Below, piece after piece: positions 8,076-12,532 of a DNA stretch of 12,532 bases (positions are counted from its first letter, which is position 1; every line of letters starts with the position of its first letter). Under the pieces are notes generated by a model that made no database searches, was not told where the DNA came from, and saw only the letters and a program-made list of their open reading frames with translations. The position numbers were made by a program, and so were the translations under genes. This DNA is from Candidatus Aenigmatarchaeota archaeon (GTDB lineage Archaea; Aenigmatarchaeota; Aenigmatarchaeia; QMZP01). Location of the stretch: assembly GCA_043824495.1 (NCBI GenBank), contig JBDRSV010000021.1, positions 1-12,532 on the forward strand, in the 5' to 3' direction.

Positions 8076-9157
8076 TGGAAAAAGACGTTGTCATAATAGG
8101 AGCAGGGGTAGCCGGTTTATATCTATCTAAAATGCTTGAAAGAAAGGGCATTAGTTACATCACTCTTGAGAAGAATTATTTTGTTGGTAAATATGGAAAC
8201 AGAGTGATCAATAAAGATGTTTTTAGAAAGGTTGGTCTTAGATATGATGATACAATAAGACCAATTAAAAAAATGAATTTCTATTCTCCTTCTGGTATTG
8301 TACTTACACATTCTAGTGAAGATAGAGGATTTGTTGTAAACCTAAGAGAAGTTGAAAAAACATTGTACAGATCCATAATAAACAAAGACAACATAAGGCT
8401 AAGACAAAGTGTATCTAAAATAGATTTAGAAAACGGTGTGGTCAGAACACAAGAACTTGAAATAAAAGCTAAGATTATCATATTGGCATATGGTGGAGTT
8501 CAAAAAACATTTAATATAACTCCAGAAAAACCAAGATTAGCTTTGTGTTATGCACATGAAGTGGAAGGAAATGATGATATATCAATAGTACTAGATAACA
8601 AAATAACTTCTGGTTTCTATGGATGGATAATTCCAATACATGATGGTACAATAGAGATAGGATTTGGAACAACAACCCCAAATGGAATTAATTTTAAAGA
8701 TGCGTTATACAGGTTGCCTCAGTTGTATAAGTATAAAGATGCAAAGGTAGTGGAAAAACTTGGGGGATATATTCCAATATCAGTTGTCAAACAAAAGAGC
8801 GGTAAGAATTGGATCCTGATAGGAGATGCATCTGGAGGAGAACCGATGTTGGGAGGCTCTATACACAAAGGTATAGATGAAGCTATACTAGCGTCTTTTG
8901 TGATAGAGAAATACTTAAATAATATTGTAGTTTCTTTGGAAGAATATGACGAGTTATGGAACTATATTAAATTGAATATAGACAAACAAGAAAAAGTAAG
9001 AATGCTTTTAGATTCGTCAGAAAATCATGAAATTGATACTAGTTTTAACATGTTACTGAAGAAACCGGTGAATGGAGAAGGTCTAATAAATGACATGTTC
9101 AAAAACATTATATCAAACCTAGAAACAGTGAAAAGAAATAAAATGGTAACTTATTGA
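8072..9157 (+). CDS. Geranylgeranyl reductase-like FAD-dependent oxidoreductase (divergent)
   Basis: Rossmann DVVIIGAGVAG...E; YGWIIP resembling YxWxFP; GGYIP; LIGDASG...GGSI; ATGA overlap with the V4R stop. Several GGR motifs are degenerate. Confidence 0.75.
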   Translation: MMEKDVVIIGAGVAGLYLSKMLERKGISYITLEKNYFVGKYGNRVINKDVFRKVGLRYDDTIRPIKKMNFYSPSGIVLTHSSEDRGFVVNLREVEKTLYRSIINKDNIRLRQSVSKIDLENGVVRTQELEIKAKIIILAYGGVQKTFNITPEKPRLALCYAHEVEGNDDISIVLDNKITSGFYGWIIPIHDGTIEIGFGTTTPNGINFKDALYRLPQLYKYKDAKVVEKLGGYIPISVVKQKSGKNWILIGDASGGEPMLGGSIHKGIDEAILASFVIEKYLNNIVVSLEEYDELWNYIKLNIDKQEKVRMLLDSSENHEIDTSFNMLLKKPVNGEGLINDMFKNIISNLETVKRNKMVTY

Positions 9158-10015
9158 ATGTTTATGGCTATCACATTAGAAAATTTCAAGAATCTAGTAT
9201 TGCCCCAATATCTCATTGTAATTCTATTCAGTTTATTCTCTAGTTATATTGTTATATCAGGTACGCTTAGTTTGTTTTTAGTGTTACCATTCTTAGCTAT
9301 ATCCTTTGCAATGTTCGCGTTGAATATAACAAATAATATAGTTGATATTGATCTAGATAAAATAAACAAACCTAAAAGGCCTCTACCTTCAGGTAAAATG
9401 TCTGTAAAAGAAGCTAAGATGCTTGTTGTCGTATGTGTTTTTCTATCGCTATTATTTTCCTCTTTGACTAACTGGATAACTTTTGTAATGATTATAGTGT
9501 TTCATATACTTTCTGTTCTGTATTCTATTCCTCCACTAAGACTCAAAAGATTTCTTTTCGCAGATAATATTATAGGTAGTATAATATATGGTGCCTTCCC
9601 TTTTGTGATTGCTTGGTCCCTCTTATCAGAAGAATTCTCTATAATATTTTTGATATTTTTCAGTGGACTAATATTTGCAATTGCATCAATCAAAGATTTA
9701 GAAGATGTTAAGGGAGAAAAAGAAAAAGGAATAGACACGTTGCCCATTAGAATTGGTGTAAAGAATTCTATTTTATTTACAGTGTCAATAATGTTTGTGG
9801 TATTGTTAATGATGTTTGCATCGTCTTTGTTAGGTATGATAGATTTTATTTACATTTATCCTTCTCTGGTTTCTTTGTTAATTTGGATTTTGTTTTATGT
9901 TAAATCTCGAAAAGTTAATATAGAGAAAAATGTAATTACACAATCCAAAATAATGACAACAAGTATGATAGTCGTGGCTGTTTATTATGTTTCTTTTGCT
10001 TTAGCAAGTCTATAA
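9158..10015 (+). CDS. UbiA-superfamily membrane prenyltransferase (DGGGP synthase-like)
   Basis: N59xxxD63xxxD67 followed by INKPKRPLPSG; YSIPPLRLKR; KDLEDVKGE...G..TLP; about 8-9 hydrophobic segments; ATG directly abuts the GGR stop (alternative ATG at 9164). Confidence 0.9.
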   Translation: MFMAITLENFKNLVLPQYLIVILFSLFSSYIVISGTLSLFLVLPFLAISFAMFALNITNNIVDIDLDKINKPKRPLPSGKMSVKEAKMLVVVCVFLSLLFSSLTNWITFVMIIVFHILSVLYSIPPLRLKRFLFADNIIGSIIYGAFPFVIAWSLLSEEFSIIFLIFFSGLIFAIASIKDLEDVKGEKEKGIDTLPIRIGVKNSILFTVSIMFVVLLMMFASSLLGMIDFIYIYPSLVSLLIWILFYVKSRKVNIEKNVITQSKIMTTSMIVVAVYYVSFALASL

Positions 10016-10684
10016 TTCAGGTTTCTTTACAACGATTCCGTGCTTGGTTATGTTGAATGGATATACATCTTTCCCGTGATTTGTTCCTCTCATTTTTCTT
10101 ATAACCAAACTTCTTGCAGAAACTTCTCCCAGACCAAGATAATTGAGTATTATTACACTGTCTGTTGCGAATTCTTCTACACCGAATCTAGAAAGAGCTT
10201 TAGAACTCTCTGGTATTTCTGAAGTTAAAATGGATGTGCATCCAACTCTTTTTAGAGTTCCAATCAAGTTCATTATCCTTCTTCTTATCTGAGCTAAATT
10301 CTCTATAACTAATCCCATTATTGCGGTCGAATCTATTACAAGTCTCGTTGCTTCCATATTGGTTATTTCATCTGCTAGAACAGCTCCAAGATTATTTACT
10401 TGTGCAGGATCATGGTAAATTATTTTACAAAGACCTTTTTTTTCAAATTTTTCAAAGTCCCAACCAAACAAAGAAGAGTCTTGTTTTATGTCCTGTGGGC
10501 TTTCTTCCAGTGAAATGTAAACACAACTTTCACCTCTTTGTAATCCTTCCCATAAGTATTGAGAAGAAAATATTGTTTTTCCCGTACCAGTCTCTCCTGT
10601 TAAAAGATTAACTGAACCTTGAATAAATCCACCTTCAATCAAGGCGTCCAGTCCAGGGATTCCCGTAGGTGTTCTTTTTATCAT
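10010..10684 (-). CDS. KaiC-like/RAD55-family RecA-superfamily ATPase 2 (single domain)
   Basis: TGIPGLD, Walker A GETGTGKT, YISLEE, Walker B RLVIDS, SRFGVEEFATD, Arg finger RKMRGT, YPFNIT..GI. Confidence 0.93.
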   Translation of the reverse strand: MIKRTPTGIPGLDALIEGGFIQGSVNLLTGETGTGKTIFSSQYLWEGLQRGESCVYISLEESPQDIKQDSSLFGWDFEKFEKKGLCKIIYHDPAQVNNLGAVLADEITNMEATRLVIDSTAIMGLVIENLAQIRRRIMNLIGTLKRVGCTSILTSEIPESSKALSRFGVEEFATDSVIILNYLGLGEVSARSLVIRKMRGTNHGKDVYPFNITKHGIVVKKPEL

Positions 10685-10705
10685 AATTTATACTTTGTTT
10701 ACATT

Positions 10706-10720
10706 CCTTAAAACCATTTC
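10706..10720 (-). promoter_or_regulatory. BRE-TATA promoter for KaiC-like ATPase 2
   Basis: Minus strand reads GAAATGG-TTTTAA-GG; TTTTAA (plus 10708-10713) lies 24-29 nt upstream of the ATG at 10684. Confidence 0.55.
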
Positions 10721-10731
10721 TGCTCCCAGAA

Positions 10732-11775
10732 TTAATCTATAATGTATAGCTGGCGTCTCATTTCATTAACTTTAGATTCTACACTAGAAACATCAAAATC
10801 GTTCTCTGCTGACATCCTAGAATTACCAACACTGTGAAAGAAATCGGTCATTTCTGGTGTTTCTGGCATGAATACTCCTATATCTAAACCAACCGTGCCC
10901 GAGACTGCTGGTTTAACTATGTGGTTTATGGCAAAATTTCCTGGATTTTGATAATACTCATTCAAAGCCATTGGAGCAGCATAACCAACGCTTATACTAT
11001 ATATCAATAGCTTGCTGATCTCATCAGCTTCACTGAATGCTATGAGATCTTCAGGATCTCTAGAAGCAATACCTTCCATTAATACTACAGCTGAATCCAG
11101 TTTATCTGCGGATTCTTCCATGAGTCTATACATTGCATCCTTGAAAACATCTTCGGATCTTATATCTTCTAATGCTTTTTCTGAAGTCAAACTTTCTCCT
11201 ATTTTATTTGTAATCCCGCTTATGACCAACTTGGTAACAAAATCTTTTCCGTAATCAGCTAACGTCTTACCAGCTTCTGCCACTATATGGGCTTTACCTG
11301 CAGTGCTTGATGGAAGAAGAGAAAATAAAAGTCCTGTAACTTTTTGTGTTGCATCTAAAGTGAATTCTGCAAGATTTGTTGTTGCAAGAAATTCCCTGTA
11401 TTTAGCAGATGTTTCTTTGGTTCTGTTTATCAAATCATCTTGTTTGATGTATTTACACATTCTAGCTGCTGATGTGATTGTGTCGCAAATATCAGGGCCT
11501 ATAGAACCAGGCAATATATCATTATTTTCATCAACGATCAACCAAAGTTGATTTAGATTGCCTTCTCCATGATTGTTCACTACGAAGTGAGCTCTGTAAA
11601 TATTACCATCGTGTGCTATTCTATATCCCTGGAATAAACCGAGATGATCAGGATGGTATTTGATAAAATCTGTATAACCAGGAACTTGTTTTTCAAATGG
11701 AATGGCTTGAGCTGTAGCTGCACTTGGCCGAAGGGCTAATGGAATGCTCAATAGTGAGTATTTTCCTATTTTCAT
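10732..11775 (-). CDS. Hypothetical protein (347 aa), possibly exported; no recognised family
   Basis: Long ORF filling the gap between KaiC2 and the prenyl synthase with 47-49 nt intergenic gaps; signal-like N-terminus ending ATAQA; mostly helical-looking C-terminal two thirds. Confidence 0.7.
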   Translation of the reverse strand: MKIGKYSLLSIPLALRPSAATAQAIPFEKQVPGYTDFIKYHPDHLGLFQGYRIAHDGNIYRAHFVVNNHGEGNLNQLWLIVDENNDILPGSIGPDICDTITSAARMCKYIKQDDLINRTKETSAKYREFLATTNLAEFTLDATQKVTGLLFSLLPSSTAGKAHIVAEAGKTLADYGKDFVTKLVISGITNKIGESLTSEKALEDIRSEDVFKDAMYRLMEESADKLDSAVVLMEGIASRDPEDLIAFSEADEISKLLIYSISVGYAAPMALNEYYQNPGNFAINHIVKPAVSGTVGLDIGVFMPETPEMTDFFHSVGNSRMSAENDFDVSSVESKVNEMRRQLYIID

Positions 11776-11788
11776 GATTAATTCTGAA

Positions 11789-11811
11789 CCAAAGGCTTTT
11801 AATTATTAATT
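11789..11811. promoter_or_regulatory. Compact divergent promoter region (shared AT-rich TATA element)
   Basis: 49-nt gap between two divergent ATGs; plus strand CCAAAGG-C-TTTTAA (TTTTAA 11797-11802, 23-28 nt before ATG 11825); minus strand TTAATAATTAAAA at a similar distance from ATG 11775. Confidence 0.5.
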
Positions 11812-11824
11812 CCAATAGCTGTGC

Positions 11825-12532
11825 ATGGAAGAAGACATTCTGGATTATTTGTCAAACAAAAGAATAATCATTGATTCTCTAATCAAAACATATTTACCAA
11901 AGAACATAGATAAGAACTTCACTAATTGGGCCTTTGGAAAATCAACTTACAAATTTGATCTAGATGCAATAAACAATTCTATAACAAGACCTATATGGGA
12001 TTTCCTAGAGAGAGGTGGGAAGAGGTGGAGACCTGCCATGTTCCTGTTGATAGCAGAAGCCCTCGAAGGAGATTTAAATAAAATAACCGATTTTTGTATT
12101 GTTCCGGAATTAGCACACGAAGGTTCCATAATGATAGATGATATTGAGGATATGGGAGAAACAAGAAGAGGTAAACCGTGCACTCATAAAATATTTGGAA
12201 TTGATATTGCAATAAATGCTGGAAATATGATGTATTTCCTTCCATTATTAGTTTTCTTGAGAAACAAGGACAAAATAGACCAAGACATGCTCATGAAAGC
12301 CTATTACGTGTATTCACAAGAAATGATAAATCTCAGTGTAGGTCAAGGAATTGATATTTGGTGGCATAAAGGTAAGAAAGATGATATTGAAGAAGAAGAA
12401 TATTTACAAATGTGTGCTTACAAAACGGGCACACTGGCTCGCATGGCTGCTAAATTGGGAGTTGTTTTATCCGGAGGAACCGAAGAACAAGAACAAAAAC
12501 TAGGAAAGCTAGCAGAATCTATTGGGGTTGCG
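11825..12532 (+). CDS. trans-Polyprenyl diphosphate synthase (IdsA/GGPP synthase-like), 3'-partial; absent from the ORF track
   Basis: Translated by hand, 236 codons open to the window end: MEEDILDYL...RGGKRWRP...HEGSIMIDDIEDMGETRRGKP...NAGNMMYF...GQGIDIWW...YKTGTL. Contains the GGKRxRP, FARM (DDIED, 12137-12151), RRG, GQxxD and KT motifs. Confidence 0.95.
   Translation, partial: MEEDILDYLSNKRIIIDSLIKTYLPKNIDKNFTNWAFGKSTYKFDLDAINNSITRPIWDFLERGGKRWRPAMFLLIAEALEGDLNKITDFCIVPELAHEGSIMIDDIEDMGETRRGKPCTHKIFGIDIAINAGNMMYFLPLLVFLRNKDKIDQDMLMKAYYVYSQEMINLSVGQGIDIWWHKGKKDDIEEEEYLQMCAYKTGTLARMAAKLGVVLSGGTEEQEQKLGKLAESIGVA

Noticed and set aside
8072-10015. Chlorophyll synthase plus BchP/ChlP (photosynthesis) interpretation
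   Set aside because: Same superfamilies, but the context is archaeal and no tetrapyrrole or photosystem genes are present.
6261-10443. Homopolymer runs (A7 at 6261, A7 near 7265, T-run near 10436) as phase-variation or frameshift sites
   Set aside because: Short runs expected in Lys-rich AT-rich coding DNA; the reading frames are intact.
6011-10684. Circadian clock, or RadA/RadB recombinase, interpretation of the ATPases
   Set aside because: Single-domain proteins without the S-T phosphosites, no kaiA/kaiB in the window; the TGIxGLD start, EE/EQ position and KMR motif are KaiC/RAD55-type rather than RadA/RadB.
7820-11551. Short ORFs 7820-8059, 8123-8311, 8281-8481, 9502-9747, 10040-10222, 10321-10611, 11012-11254, 11303-11551
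   Set aside because: Fully nested antisense to longer genes; no recognisable features.
5997-11809. TTAATAATTAA at 5997-6007 and its reverse complement at 11799-11809 as a shared regulatory box
   Set aside because: Pure A/T 11-mer in AT-rich intergenic DNA at different distances from the start codons; chance is plausible.
11947-12245. Minus-strand ORFs 11947-12183 and 11991-12245
   Set aside because: Shadows of the plus-strand prenyl synthase, which the ORF track omitted because it has no stop in the window.
1-12532. CRISPR array, tRNA/rRNA, IS element, integrase or diversity-generating retroelement
   Set aside because: Intergenic gaps are all under about 85 nt; no spaced direct repeats, cloverleaf, transposase, recombinase or reverse transcriptase seen; differences between the duplicated units are not adenine-specific.

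Overview
AT-rich archaeal window. The gene content and style (paralogous single-domain KaiC-like ATPases, a stand-alone V4R protein, a giant N-glycosylated surface protein, Cys-rich secreted proteins, TATA boxes about 23-30 nt upstream of ATGs) suggest a DPANN-type archaeon such as Aenigmarchaeota; this placement is inference. It holds 11 supportable CDSs. Left: a secreted beta-helix/cadherin-like protein and a 1414-aa single-pass surface glycoprotein with an internal ~420-aa tandem duplication, about 100 N-X-S/T sequons and a ~100-aa cytoplasmic tail. Centre: KaiC-like ATPase 1 and a 14-Cys pilin-like protein, then a tightly coupled operon wHTH - V4R - degenerate geranylgeranyl-reductase-like flavoprotein - UbiA prenyltransferase, which converges on KaiC-like ATPase 2. 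Right: an unknown 347-aa protein divergent from a polyprenyl diphosphate synthase (11825 to the window end, missing from the ORF track). Best candidate for an undescribed system: a KaiC/V4R/wHTH signalling module linked to isoprenoid-lipid enzymes, with a candidate operator pair around its promoter and possibly input from the adjacent surface glycoprotein. No rRNA, tRNA, CRISPR array or mobile element was seen. All family assignments come from motif recognition by eye, not database searches.
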